The notes: generated by a model from the sequence alone, not told the origin. DNA of 64,000 nt from Camelus dromedarius (GCF_036321535.1 NC_087437.1:53942001-54006000), one strand, 5' to 3'. Positions 1 to 12,116 are shown, counted from the first letter of the stretch. A program made the numbers and translations.

Positions 1-169
1 ATCTTAAAATGCAACCCTTAATAGGTCTTAGTGTAAACAATACATAGACCTTATTTTCTCACACTGCACTGGGTGTTCCCACACCTCACTACAAGAATAA
101 ATTGATGCTTCTGTGAACTTCTGAGCATCATGGAGAATAATAGCTCATTCTGTAAAGTATGTTAATGTC

Positions 170-365
170 ACTTTCATTTTCATCATTTCACTGGATTCCT
201 ACAATCAGCCTGGAAGAGGAGATCTCATTTCTGTTTTACAAATGACAAATGAGAAAAATTTAGGCCAGAGAGAAACCATGATTTATAAAACCAAGGTCTT
301 ATAGCCATATGAGGCAGAGCAATGGCCTCAGCATAGGTCTTCTGTCTCCAAGTCCGATGCTCATC
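170..365 (-). mobile_element. MIR SINE fragment
   Basis: Antisense MIR core 'ctgttttacaaatga...ccaaggtcttatagccatatgaggcagagc...aggtcttctgtctccaag'. Confidence 0.65.
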
Positions 366-1044
366 CTCTTCATTAAGCCATGCCTTCCTCCTCCATGAGA
401 AATGCTGTGCATCCAGCCTGGCAGCTGGATCCCAGTGTGGGAGAGCTGCTGTTTCAGAAGAAAAGGGCCAAGAATTTGGATGTAATGTTCTGAGAAGTCA
501 CAGTTTCATCACCAATGATGTTATTCAGCTCCCTTTTTCATTTTTCCCCTTGAGAACAAAAGCTGGTTTTACATTTTAATGTATTTAATTACCGCATGGA
601 GATCTGAACAGTTAGGAAAGGAACAGGCAGTGAGGACGCAGTGATGATCTATCGAGCAGCATTTGAATTAATTTGGAGTTTTCATGCCTGTGATTAGTGT
701 GGTTATTAGTGTTAATACTTGAAGTTTGTGTTAACAGGGTGTTACTGTGAATTTGAAGCACTAAAAGAGGCCCAATTTCCTAGTATTTGTTTGTTTACTT
801 ATTAGTCAGTTCATTCATAATTGCTACAGTGCTGACATATAAAATGCCCCCTGCATCCAACTTCACAGCTTGACTTAATACAGAGTAATACTGGGTCTCA
901 TTTAGTCAATGTTTAGTGCTAATAGGTTGTCCTTACCTATTTTGGTGACTCCTCCACTGTAGACATTCTCTCCTCTGCCCTCAGACCACCATGGAGAGGC
1001 AGATAAATCCTTAGAGCTTATGGAAACAGCCTGAATTGGGGTTT

Positions 1045-1360
1045 ATGTTACCAGATCTCTGGGAAAGCCATGCCTCCTCTCTGGACCTTAGTTTCCCAGC
1101 TATAAAATAAGAGGTTTAGATGAGATGATCCCCATTTCCTTTCAGTTCTATGGCTCAGGGAGCAAATCAAAATGGAGAGATGACTGGGAAGTCATAGAAA
1201 TGTAAAGTTGTGACTAAGAGATCATCTACTCCAATACATTAATTCTTCAATAGAGGACAATGAGACCCGGAACAGGTTAGTGATGTCCAAGGTCAGAGAG
1301 TAGGTTAGAGTCAGAGCCTGAAATTGAATGCAGACTTCCTAATTCCTAATCTGTGCCATT
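1045..1360. mobile_element. Two MIR3/MIRb fragments tail-to-tail (+ ~1045-1150, - ~1190-1360)
   Basis: 'ctctggaccttagtttcccagctataaaataagaggtttagatgagatgatc' (+) and 'gatcatctactccaa...gaggacaatgagaccc...ccaaggtcagagag' (-). Confidence 0.6.
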
Positions 1361-1499
1361 CGCTTCTTTTCCTTTAGTTATATCACAGTTTTAAAATAGC
1401 GTACATAATATATCAAGTTATCAGACTCCCATAAAGCTTCCACCTAATTAGTGTAACAGTTAACCTTTGGCCATATTATTCTATTTTTCTTTCTTTCTC

Positions 1500-2800
1500 T
1501 CTCGCTATCAATACAACATTAAAATCCAGCTGAATTCCAAATCCTCAAATGACCATCCTCATAAGTAACCACCATCCTGAAGTTTGTGTGTATTATTCCT
1601 ATGTTGTTATTGCTAATATTTTTATTACATATGAACTATTTATTGTCTATTCGATTTATTGAGCTTTATTATTTTTTCCCTCTACTAGTTTGGAATCCTA
1701 CCTTCTATCCCTTGTCTTTAGGTATTACCTTTAAATCTTTAATATGCCTAGTTGATATTCAAAATGATCCCTATTTAATCAGAACCTCTGCCCTCCTCCT
1801 AAGCAGAACCACTGATAATCCTTATCCCAAATCCCATGTAATTGGTTATCAACAGTTTTGTACTGCCTGTTTTAAACATTCTCAATTAGTCACTAATTTT
1901 TTTAATGCTTATTTAGATTTAGGCATAACAGTTATATATGTTTTCTCTTCATCGTTTGTCGTATATCACTCCTTCAACACATGGAAGATAATATTCCACT
2001 GTCCTCAGGTTTTTAGGTTTGATGCAAAGAAGTTATTTTAGTCCAATTTAGTCCTGTGGATAATTTCTCTTCTCTCTTTGGTAACTTTAAAGATCTCCTT
2101 CTCGTCTCGGTATTCTTCATTTTTACTTCAAAGTATGTTTAAATGTGGATTCATTTTTTTCTTTTTGCTGCTCTGGGTGCATTATAAATCTCCAAAGTCC
2201 AAAGGTTCATGTCTTTTTTCAACTGTGGAAAATTCTCAGCCTTTATCTCATCGAATACTGACTCCCTTCCAACCTTCCTTCTTTCCTTTTGAATTCCTAT
2301 TAAAGGATAGCTGTCTGCAGTCTAGTTAATGTCCTAAGATCTGTTTCCAGGCACTAGTTCTATCTGCAACTGTGTCTAATCTGTTGTCTAAGCTGTCCAT
2401 CAAGTTTTCAATTTCAATGATTTTGGTTTTTCCATTTTTAGAGGTACCATTTGCTTCTATCGCAAATCTGCCCATTCCTTTTTTCTTTTTTAATGGAGTC
2501 TTATTTTTTCTTATAGTTTGATAGTTAATTTCACATCCTTATCATATTAAACATTTATGTTGTAATCTCCCCTAGGTGGGGTAAGTTCTTGACGTGCAGA
2601 CTCTCCTGTTTGTTGTGTGTATTTACTCTTTTTTTTTTCTTATGCAGTTTTCTCTTGGAATTTTTGAGTGTGGGCATATTTTCAATGATAATATGGATGT
2701 GACTGGGAATTCAGCATGATATGGGTTGTGGAAATGTCCTCCCAGAGAAGATCTGCATTTGTTTTGCTTAGTGCCTCAGAAGTATCATGACCCCAGAAAC
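1500..2800 (-). mobile_element. Ancient L1M/HAL1-type fragments (ORF1-region remnant)
   Basis: Reverse complement of ~2090-2240 ('gagaattttccacagttgaaaaaagacatgaacc...aatccacatttaaacat') resembles the L1 ORF1 segment at 30720-30820 of this window; T-rich antisense composition. Confidence 0.6.
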
Positions 2801-2850
2801 ATTTAATTTAATTTAATTTAATTTAATTTAATTTAATTTAATTTAATTTA
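2801..2850. repeat. (ATTTA)10 microsatellite
   Basis: Perfect pentanucleotide array read directly. Confidence 0.98.
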
Positions 2851-3181
2851 ATTTTTCTAAGTCAATACATTGGATGGATAAACGAATGAGTACATTATCA
2901 ATTTCTTTGCCTTAATCAGGTCTCAAATGAGAACTACAGAAAAACCACTTTACATACATTTAGTGTTGCTGCATTTGGCCACACAGGCTAGGCACTGCAT
3001 GATTTCAGAGCTGTGTGATGCAGTGACCTTCAATTATTTTTTACTGCATAACTTAGTCTACATAAGCGAAGTCAGTAGAACAGTGAATCTCCATACCATC
3101 TATTAGAAAAACAACCACAATTATGATGTTCAGCTCTTAACCTACTAAACAGCAGAAACCATAAATAATTATCTTCTAGAT

Positions 3182-3372
3182 CAGGGATCAGTAAACTACA
3201 GCCTTGGGCCAAGTCCAGCCTGTTGCTTGCTTTAGTAAATAAAGTTCTACTGAGACACAGCCATACTTACTCATTTATTCATATTGTCTATGGCTACTTT
3301 AGTCCCACAATGAGAGAGTTGAGTGATTGTGACAGATAATGGTTGTGATACAGCCTGCAAAGCCTAAAATTT
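3182..3372 (+). mobile_element. MER58A-like hAT-Charlie DNA transposon, 3' truncated by an L1
   Basis: 'cagggatcagtaaactacagcc...gtaaataaagttctactgagacacagcca...tattgtctatggct...gagttgagtgattgtgacaga...gcctgcaaagcctaaaat'. Confidence 0.85.
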
Positions 3373-3377
3373 GTTTC

Positions 3378-3797
3378 TTTTTATCTTTTGAACCCCTTTA
3401 CACATTTCTCCCACCTTCTACTCCTTGCCACTGGAAACCACCAATCTGTTCTCTGTATCTATGAGCTTGTTTTTCATTTGTTTGTTTGTTTTTCACATTC
3501 CACATATAAGACAGATCATACGGTATTTGTGTTTCTCTCTCTGACTTATTTTTCTTAGCATACTGCCTTTGAGGTCCATCCATGTTGCTGCAAATGGCAC
3601 AATTTCATTCTTTTTTATGAGTAGTATTCCTTTATCCATTTGTCTGTCAGTGGACACTTAGCTTGTTTCCATATCTTGAGTACTGCAAATAATGCTGCAA
3701 TAAACATGGGAATACGGTGTGCATATATCTTATTGAGTTAGTGTTTTTGTTTTCTTCAGATAAATACCCAGAAGTGGAATTGCTAGATCATATGGTA
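3378..3797 (-). mobile_element. L1 ORF2 C-terminus/3'UTR fragment (L1MA9/10-like)
   Basis: Minus ORF 3398-3583 'QIPYDLSYMWN...GGFQWQG' is out-of-frame L1 3' sequence; 'cccagaagtggaattgctagatcatatggta' is typical antisense ORF2. Confidence 0.9.
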
Positions 3798-5285
3798 CTT
3801 AGTCTTGCAGATAGACTTGAGGTCTGTGGAGGGGTTTGACCCAAGATTCTTGTCCAAGAATTATAAGAAGAGAATTGAGTGACTTAAAAATATTTATAGG
3901 AAGTTCTGAAAACTTGAAAAGAAACACAAAATGAAGTTTTGCTGTCACTAAAGATGTAGAAAACAGAAGATTCTGTTCATTTGGATGGAGAAGGGGCTTA
4001 GTTTAAAATAGAAGATGCTAATGTGATTGCTGTATTGTTCATTCAACCAACACGTTGCAGGGTGGTACCCTACACAAGGCTAAATGACAAGTGTCGCAAG
4101 GGAGGCGGACATCAACAGCAGCCACACTCCTGCCATTTCTATAACACCCAACCAAACTCTTGTAACAGTTCATAACAGCACAGGTGAGTCTCATAGGCAT
4201 CCTGTGAGATGCAGAGTCCAGAGACTCCTTATCAGCATTTTACAGATTGAGACAATTGACCCTCAGGGTTTAACAGGGTGAGAGCTGGCTCTCAACCCAG
4301 TCTCCGAGTTCAATGCAGTTGAGTCCATATAACAGACAAGGTGGGATCTCGGATCTCAAAGTGCTTGTAATCTAGTAAGGAAGACAAGACAGACCAAAAA
4401 AAGAGGGCAGGGAGAGTATTACCAAGTAAAAAGTGACCACCACAAAATAAAAGAAGAGAAACAAGTGAGGGCTTTGGGAAGCTAGGAAGGCTGTGATATG
4501 GATCAGGGTAGGGGTACCTGGTAAGGCAAAACCCAGGGAGGCTCAATGGAGAGGCATTAAATCATACACAATTCAAAATTCTTCACCTTGAAAAATAACC
4601 CAACAGCAATACAAATGATTTTAGACTCTGTCAGCATGTTGCATTGTATTCTCCCCTCCACAAACAATTATTATTCACCTATTATATATCGGGGGTTGAT
4701 CACGCTGAAAAGAATATGACAATGTAACTATGGAACCATCATGATTTCGGGGAAGGAGCACTTCTCTGTTCACCAGGAGACCTGCAGTCCAGCCCCAACA
4801 TCGAAAGGGCCCTTGAGTCATTTGTTTCCTCTTCAGCTTTTGTTTCTTCTCCCGTATATCAGGATCCTACAGTTCCCTGGCTGCTCTAACATTCTAAATT
4901 TGGATAAGGAGGATGTTTATCTACACTGATGTCTTCTCCTGTGTTACTTACCCTCTCTTTAGTGTCTTAAATTATTTTCCTTTTCTCTCTTTCTCATTTC
5001 TTTCTCCTCCTCCTTTTAAGATGGCTCCTTGTCTCCCCTCCCTCATGGTTATTCTCCTTCTCACGTTCAGTGTCTGCATATTTCCTTCCTCATTACCGAA
5101 GTACATGTAAATTGGCCATGTTGCTGATGCGGAAGCAATTTTTTAAATTGGTTAAAATATGCCAACGTCAAACATGACAAATTCTTCCACTTTTGGACTC
5201 CTCATGATTTTAATTATCCCAAATCGCCCACTTAGGAATGACAACTTGAGGACCAAATTCCCTTAGCATCAAACTTTTTGTTTTG

Positions 5286-5291
<6 letters not shown>

Positions 5292-5342
<51 letters not shown>
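5292..5342. repeat. (GAT)17 microsatellite followed by a short (GT)n
   Basis: Direct reading; it produces the poly-D and poly-S artefact ORFs. Confidence 0.98.
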
Positions 5343-5343
<1 letters not shown>

Positions 5344-5614
5344 TGGGTGGGTGTGTGTGTGTGAGATGTTCGCCAAAGTTGTTGGTAGGTTTGGGTGTTA
5401 GTAACTTATCAAGTAGCATTGTATACCTGCTGTGTGCCACCACTGGCTGGGTAGGTGGAGATGGGGGAGATAAAATTAAAAAAAAAAAAAATTTCTGGTG
5501 TCTGCAGTCAGAATGGGACTTGGGTGCTTGGTGGGTGAGAGCATGTAGGCATGGTTAGAAGTAAAGAAGGACACTTTGGCTGCACAATAATAGTATTTTG
5601 GCCCAAGGCTTGAT

Positions 5615-6284
5615 TGAAATGGAGCAGGACCCCATTGGGCCTTCCCAGGACAGACCCCCCTAAATCCCATGTCCTCTGCCTGCCTCTTGTCTGTAGAAAA
5701 ACTTTAGTCAAAGAATAAATTTAATCAGAGAAATAAGAAAATACAGATATAAAGGGAAATAGTTAAGCAAAACAAAATAACACTTTAGTCATTAAGCAAA
5801 GTCAAGGGCCTTTAGTTCCTCCTTCAAGGGCTATAGCTAATATTCTGAGCCATATCCTTTGAGCTGTTTTGTAGATTCTGAAACATGCACCAGGTGGGAG
5901 AAGTTAACTACCTGATGACCAAACTATAGCCATGACATAAGCTGCCACAATTCTGAGATCAGGCCTCAAATAAATGGAAACAAATCAACCCTGGAACTGA
6001 AGATGACACTGATCAGACCACCAAATGACTAATTTCAAGAGGACCATCAGCGTTGACTGTGCTGTTCTGCATATAGCCCCTCCCTCTGCCTATACAACCC
6101 TGAAAGTCCCCTTTAAAAGCTCTTGCCCACTGATTGGCAGTGAGGAGTGGGCCTCTGAACATAAGTCCACTCTCTCCCCCAGTTGCTGGCCTCCAGAACA
6201 AAGTAAACTTTCCTTTCTACCAACACTTGCCTCTTGAGTATTGGCTTTTGAGTGGCAAGCAGCGGGACCTGTGCTTCTGTAACA
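5615..6284 (+). mobile_element. Solo ERV LTR (ERV1-like, probably lineage-specific)
   Basis: TG start 'tgaaatggagcaggacccc', CA end 'ttctgtaaca', TATA-like 'ctttaaaagc' ~6111, U5-like 'cttgcctcttgagtattggcttttgagtggcaagcagc'; TSD not clear. Confidence 0.75.
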
Positions 6285-7774
6285 CTGAGAATGCCTGACT
6301 CTTTTCTTCAGCACAGAGCTCTTGGTTGTTGCTGATTACACGGTAAGCTGCAGCAGTAGGGTAACAAAACTGCCACCTTGCCACTGAGGCCCAGGGTCTG
6401 ATAATCCCTGATAAAGGGCTGTCTGTTAAAAGCTGATTTAGAGAACATGAGTTAAGCCGATTAACTGCCTTTCTAAGCATCAAATCTCTATCTGGGGACT
6501 CATAAATTCAGGGATATCCATGCAAAAAGAAAGAGAATTGGCCCCAGAAGGACCTGGAATGTGCTTACTCAATCAGCCATGAGTGGAAGTCAAAGGCCAA
6601 CAAAGATGACCAATCTAGCCTAGGGCCAGGCTTTACCTGGGTTTCAGGCCAAAAAGCAAGAGAGAACACAGCTGCTTATATAAGGTACAGTAAACTGGGC
6701 TACAAGTAAACTGGGCTTATTGAATGTCCTAGCTCTGGACAATTAGCAAATTCTTCTGCCTTGGAAGGGGGAGTAGCTGGAGAGAAAATGCTCCCTACTA
6801 CACCTCCCTCTCCCCCGTCAGTGCAGGAGGAGTTACTGACCTGATGTAGCTTGAATGAGTTCATGGGAACAGCATTCCCTCCTCCACCAGGGTCTTGAGT
6901 AAAAGACATGGCTAATGACAAATTCAGGATGGAGGACTGGGCTCAGTCCCACTCCAGGTTACATGAACAAGTTCAGGGATGTGGGCAAATAATTATATCT
7001 GGATGATATGGTGAATTGTGTTCTGATTTCTGAGGAAATGTTCAAACAAGCAAGTGGCTCACCCAATGCCATGCTGTAGAACTAAGGCACAAACAGAGCT
7101 GCTGACTCCAGGTCTGGGGTTCTTTACATTTCACCACAGCTGCCAGGGTAATAGACACCTGTGTTGGTAACGTGTAGCTGCAAAGTCATAGCAGGTGGGC
7201 CAAGCACCCGGGAAAAGGCTGAGCATAAAAGATGAGATCCATGTCTTTGAGGAGAGGGCAGGACAGAGGAAAATGGAAAAAGCACAGCAAGGGCCTAAGC
7301 AGAGAAGAGAGGGGGACCAGGTTGGTTTTCCAGGAAGGTCTCAGGAAACAGGTCAGATGAGGTCAAGGTCGGGTTTGACTGCAGACAAGGCAGGAGCCAG
7401 CCACTGGGCCAATATGACTGTGTCAGAGGGCTCTTGCAGCCCGTCTGCCTGGGGCTACATTCTCGAGCTAATCCACCAAGACTTCAGAGAATCTGCTGTT
7501 GTGCTCTGGGCTGCTATATCCATTTACGAAAAAAATATTTTGCCCTGAATTGAAAACAGACCTCTAGCTTTCCTTACTTGGAGGAAAAGATAGGCCCTTT
7601 CAGAAAAATCCAAATGATGTGGGAATTTCTGCCTCCCTATACCTTCAGCAAGCATTCCATAAGTGCCAGTCTGCCCACAACATATCAGAGATGGACATAA
7701 ACATGCCTCATATACTGGTGGGAACATAAGGGGTTATTACAAAGTGTCCATAAAAGTGGAATCAGGACAATCGC

Positions 7775-7855
7775 CCTCCTGGCACATCAATGTGTTCATC
7801 TACCAGGAAGCTTATCTCAACCCCTGGGGTCCAGGGTTTTTATTGTGGTCTTACT
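7775..7855 (-). mobile_element. MER21-like LTR fragment
   Basis: 'ggcacatcaatgtgttcatctaccaggaagc...gtccagggtttttattgtggt' resembles MER21. Confidence 0.55.
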
Positions 7856-7882
7856 GACAGAAATTTGAATATAACCATGCAC

Positions 7883-8092
7883 ATAGCACTGTGGCTTTGG
7901 ATCAAGATGATGGTTTGAAGGCTGGGTTTGCCCCTAACTAGCTCTACTGTTCTGGGCAAGTTATTTCACATCTCTGACCCTCAGTTGCCTCATCTGTAAA
8001 GCAAAGGTAAACAATACTTATTTCCAAGTGTTCATCTAAGGGTAAAATGAAATAATCTATATATACAACATTTGGACATAGTATGCGTTCAC
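7883..8092 (+). mobile_element. MIR SINE
   Basis: Core 'tgggcaagttatttcacatctctgaccctcagttgcctcatctgtaaa'. Confidence 0.85.
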
Positions 8093-8166
8093 TGAGAAGA
8101 TCCATTACTCTTGGTGCTATTTGTTATCCTACACAATATAAAATATGCTAATTACCTGCTACAGAA

Positions 8167-8330
8167 CAGTGATCCTTAAACTCTAATGTGCACAGGAATC
8201 ATCCATGGAGTTTGTAAAATGTGGATTCTCAGTCCCATTCCACTTCAACAGATTCCAATATGGAGCTCAGAAATACACATTTTAGCAAGTATTACATCTG
8301 CCTCTGATCACAGTTCAAAAAATATCCCCT
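8167..8330. mobile_element. MER5-family DNA transposon
   Basis: 'cagtgatccttaaactctaatgtgcacaggaatcatcc...tttgtaaaatgtggattctcag...cattttagcaag'. Confidence 0.65.
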
Positions 8331-8526
8331 TAGAATTATATTTTAAGTTTAAAATATGACTAGTCCTGGTTCATGGTTCAAAATTTCCCATGCTAGGCTT
8401 CTGTTTTTAAAATTTCCAATGTCTCTTCTTTACCCTCCCCTCCAACCCCAGGCTCAAAGCGGGTAGAAGTTTTTTTTTAAATAAGCTGCTACTGTTATTA
8501 GCATCATCTTTGGGCATTTCCTTGTG

Positions 8527-8698
8527 CAGCGACTCTCAACTTTGGCAGCATATTAGAATCACCTGGAGAGCTATCAACCATCCTATGCCCAGGCCACACC
8601 CCAGACCAATGAAGTCAAGATCTCTGGGTGGCCTCAGGCAGGAAGGTTTTGGAAGCTTGCCAGGTGATTTCAGTGTATAGCTAATTTGAGAATCAGTG
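8527..8698. mobile_element. MER5A-like DNA transposon
   Basis: Terminal inverted repeats 'cagcgactctcaac' ... 'tttgagaatcagtg'; internal 'ttagaatcacctggagagct', 'gcccaggccacaccccagaccaat'. Confidence 0.85.
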
Positions 8699-9679
8699 CT
8701 GAAGATCCACTTTCCCAGCTTCCCTTCAAACCTTCTCCCTCATCTAGTTTCCACCCCATGCCTGATACCTGGGTATTTCCTCTCTTTCAAAATTTTTGGC
8801 TGGGTTCACTTAATAAGTTTCCTGGTTTTATCGTCATTTTTCCTGATCCCCTGATGCCTCTTACCGGCTCCATTTGGCATTGGTGTCCTACATACTACTC
8901 TGTTCACACGTGTCAGACACAACACTGTTGCTCTACAATGGCTCTACTTTATCTTCAGAGCAGGGATCAGATAGAAACATGCCACTGTGTTTTAAGTGTT
9001 TTGCCATTTCCTCCCAATAGTGTTTTCCCCACTCTTGCCTACTTATCCTGCTAAAACCCATGTCAAGGTTTCCCATTCTGTGAAGCCACCTCTGCCTATC
9101 CCATACCAAGGTAGAAAGACTTCTCTAATAGCATTTACATCATGTGTTAGGACATTATATCCATATAACGAGAGGGGAAGGTGTTAGGTTGACAGCAGCC
9201 ACCAGAATTTCTTATGGGAAAGGAACTGCACTTATTTGGAAAAATTTCAAGTGTTTGGTGTAGTTTATACTGAGGGGGATGTAAAACAAATCAGAACTAC
9301 TTCGCTCAAAATCAAAGAGGGATTATTATTATTACAGGAGAAATATGAGGTCAACCACTCTATGATGTGACCCATACCATGATTTCCTTAAAATCTTGAG
9401 TAAATTCTATAAACCATTACAAAATACTTGCTAAAAGTCGATTTCCCAGGGCACTGCTGAAGGGTCTGAGTCCAGAGTATTGCAGGCAAAGACAGGTCAT
9501 GTGGGCACTGGCTCAAAGACAAGCAGTAAGTAGAGGGTTCTAACCGAAATGTGAGGGAGGGCTTTGGAATATCTCAGGACTTGGGATGTGGATTACGGCC
9601 AGGTTTAACCAGAGCTCCAAGGAGCACAGTGATCTCAAAGGATATCTGATTTTATTCAAACATTCTCTATGCCCACTGA

Positions 9680-9790
9680 ACAGTGACTAATGGCAGGACC
9701 TAACTATCTCCACTATATCCAAGTTTTCCTAGTGTCTAGCCCAATTCTTGGCACATGAGATGCTCTAAATACGTGTTTGGAGAATGCACA
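9680..9790 (+). mobile_element. L2 3' end
   Basis: 'cctagtgtctagcccaattcttggcacatgagatgctctaaatacgtgtttggagaatg'. Confidence 0.6.
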
Positions 9791-10254
9791 ATACAGGAAG
9801 CATATTAGAAGGCTTTATCCTAAGGTCGAAGAAAGCACCAATCTTCTGTGGCTATTTTGTGGCTAAGACTAAATTCACTTTCGTTCACCACTTAGACAGT
9901 ATTGAACTTTTTTCTCCAAACTCTGTTACTCAAAATTTGATTAATTTGAGCTCAAAATGACATTTCAAAATCCCCTATTCCCAAACACATAGCTCATCAG
10001 AAATGCCTCCCACTATTTACAGTTTCGCTTCATTGAAATATGATGATGCCAGGCAGACAGCAATGTGTATTCAGTGGAATTCAATTTTCCTGATCACTGG
10101 CTCCATCGATCAGTCTGTTTGTGAAGGGCTGATGCAAGCATCAATCCACCTCTTACAGACAGTGGGTGAGCCACTCCTGTTATTTCTGCATGTGCAAAGG
10201 GTTGTTAGGCTCTAATGATAGGATTCTGGAAGGTCACTTTATCATTGTTGTTTT

Positions 10255-10455
10255 AAGCCTTATTGAGTTTCTATCATGAGCCAGGAGTTTTTACTATGTG
10301 TTCATATTTAATCTTTACACTTGACTTTTTGTGGGTGAAGAATCTGAGACAGAGACTCAGGGGGAATTGTTTGTGGTTACAGAGCTGGTAATGTGCAGAG
10401 CCAGGATTCAAACGTTCTTTTGATCCCCAAAGTGAGTACCATCCATTACACTGCT
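10255..10455 (-). mobile_element. MIR SINE
   Basis: 'gtgaagaatctgagacagaga...ggttacagagctggtaatgtgcagagccaggattcaaac'. Confidence 0.75.
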
Positions 10456-11494
10456 TCTCTTCTTGGGAGCTGTCACAGGGCCAAAGCAGGGGAGCAGAGA
10501 GAAAGGTGATTAAGAAAGGAATCCGAGACAAGTTGAAGGGGAATAAAGAGTGACTGTGGTTTATTATTCAACATACTCACTGCCTGTCAATCCCCTCTGT
10601 GATCCCCATAGTACCTATATAGACATCTGTCACTGCAGCCAGAGGGCCACACTTGGCCATGAGCCTGTCCCTCCCCATGTGATGTGAGCCCCCTGAGGGT
10701 ACACACCGAGTATGTACACTCAGTGCAGCACCCAGCCCAGAGGAGCTGACAGTAGCACAACATGCAAAATGCAATGCGAGAGAGGAGGTGCCTTGAAGGC
10801 AGTGCCATACAGATGGAAGTCCAGGGAAGGAATTTTTGTGGATCCTGCAAGAAAGCAGCTTCCTCTTTGAGTTTACCAGAGGGAGTGGCCTAGGCACCTG
10901 ACTCAGAGGGCAGAAAACAAGGAGGGGCCCACCCAGAATCCCAGTACACCTGGTAGCTGTGCCAACCCAAATCCACATCAAGATAAAATCTGAACAGCAT
11001 GCTCCCTTTCTAATCCAGGAAGAGTCAGGAAAGTGTCTCTGTGGGGCCCACCACAGCTCCATCAAAGCCTGGGAACAATGACTACTGTATCTTTCAAGCT
11101 TTAGGAAACCTTGTTGCTCATAATTGTGTCAACAGACACCTGTTACCTTGTAGCTACTTTCAATTCATGCAATGCATGAAAAATATCAAAGGGAATTTTT
11201 TTTTTGGATCTACAGGCAAAGTTTGAGAAAAACTAGAAGCATACTTCTCTTTTCAAGCAATAATCCTTGCTGATAACAAGACCAAAAGTGATTAATAATT
11301 GTCATCAATTTCTCTGAAAACTGAATTATGTATTATGAATATTCCCTCAACAAATAGGACAGTTTTTCAAGGACATCACTTTCTTTCTTTGAAAGTCTGG
11401 GTGTTTTCATTGACCTTTGGATTTGTCTGCAAGGCCTGGTTAACAAAGAACAGGATTACATATAAGACACACAGCAAACCTGAAGTGTGATTGG

Positions 11495-11635
11495 TACTAT
11501 TATTTCCATTTCACAGATGAAGAAACTGACGCTCAGAGAGTATGCCTGGATTATCCAAATTCACACAGCTAAGTAATGGTACCACTGGGATGAGACTTGG
11601 GTATTTTGTTGCCCAGTTCAATATCATGCTGTACA
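11495..11635 (-). mobile_element. MIR SINE
   Basis: 'ccatttcacagatgaagaaactgacgctcagagag...cacacagctaagtaatgg'. Confidence 0.85.
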
Positions 11636-12064
11636 TTAAGCCTTGACTCCTGCCAACAGCCTATGATCACAATTATATTTTGTCATTCAATCCTGAATCC
11701 TTAAACCTTGAATCCTATTTATTTCTCCTAGAAAAGAAACCAGGATAGGTGCAAACTGCTGTTTTAAATATAATCTGACTCTACTCCGAATAGAGAAACT
11801 TAAGGGAGTCATTCTGGTGGGCAGGAAAAAGTCATAGTAGGTTCAAGGCCTCAAAATCCGATATAGATTTCAACACTCAGGTTACTAAGCAAAGAGTCTT
11901 AGATAATCTTTCTAATCCTATTAAGAGCTAACTCCTATTCCCAACTCAGCCAATAAAGTTCAATTACATTGCAGAATAAACACTCCAGGTCAAATATTTC
12001 ACTGTTTTTTTCTTGTTCAGGCTAAATATTTTATTCCTTTTTGACACCAAGTATTAGAGTTTCA

Positions 12065-12066
<2 letters not shown>

Positions 12067-12103
<37 letters not shown>

Positions 12104-12116
12104 TGTGCGCGCGCAT
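12067..12116. repeat. (GT)n-(GC)n alternating purine-pyrimidine microsatellite
   Basis: Direct reading. Confidence 0.97.

Noticed and set aside
640..700. C-box-like GTGATGA suggesting a C/D snoRNA
   Set aside because: No suitably placed CTGA D box or terminal stem
1586..2329. 151-aa and 83-aa hydrophobic ORFs
   Set aside because: T-rich antisense L1/HAL1 remnants with non-ATG starts; no recognisable protein
5210..5558. Poly-Asp and poly-Ser ORFs
   Set aside because: Translation of the (GAT)17 microsatellite; no coding context
10577..11065. 162-aa minus-strand ORF
   Set aside because: No recognisable domain, Cys/Trp-rich random-like composition, no supporting exon structure
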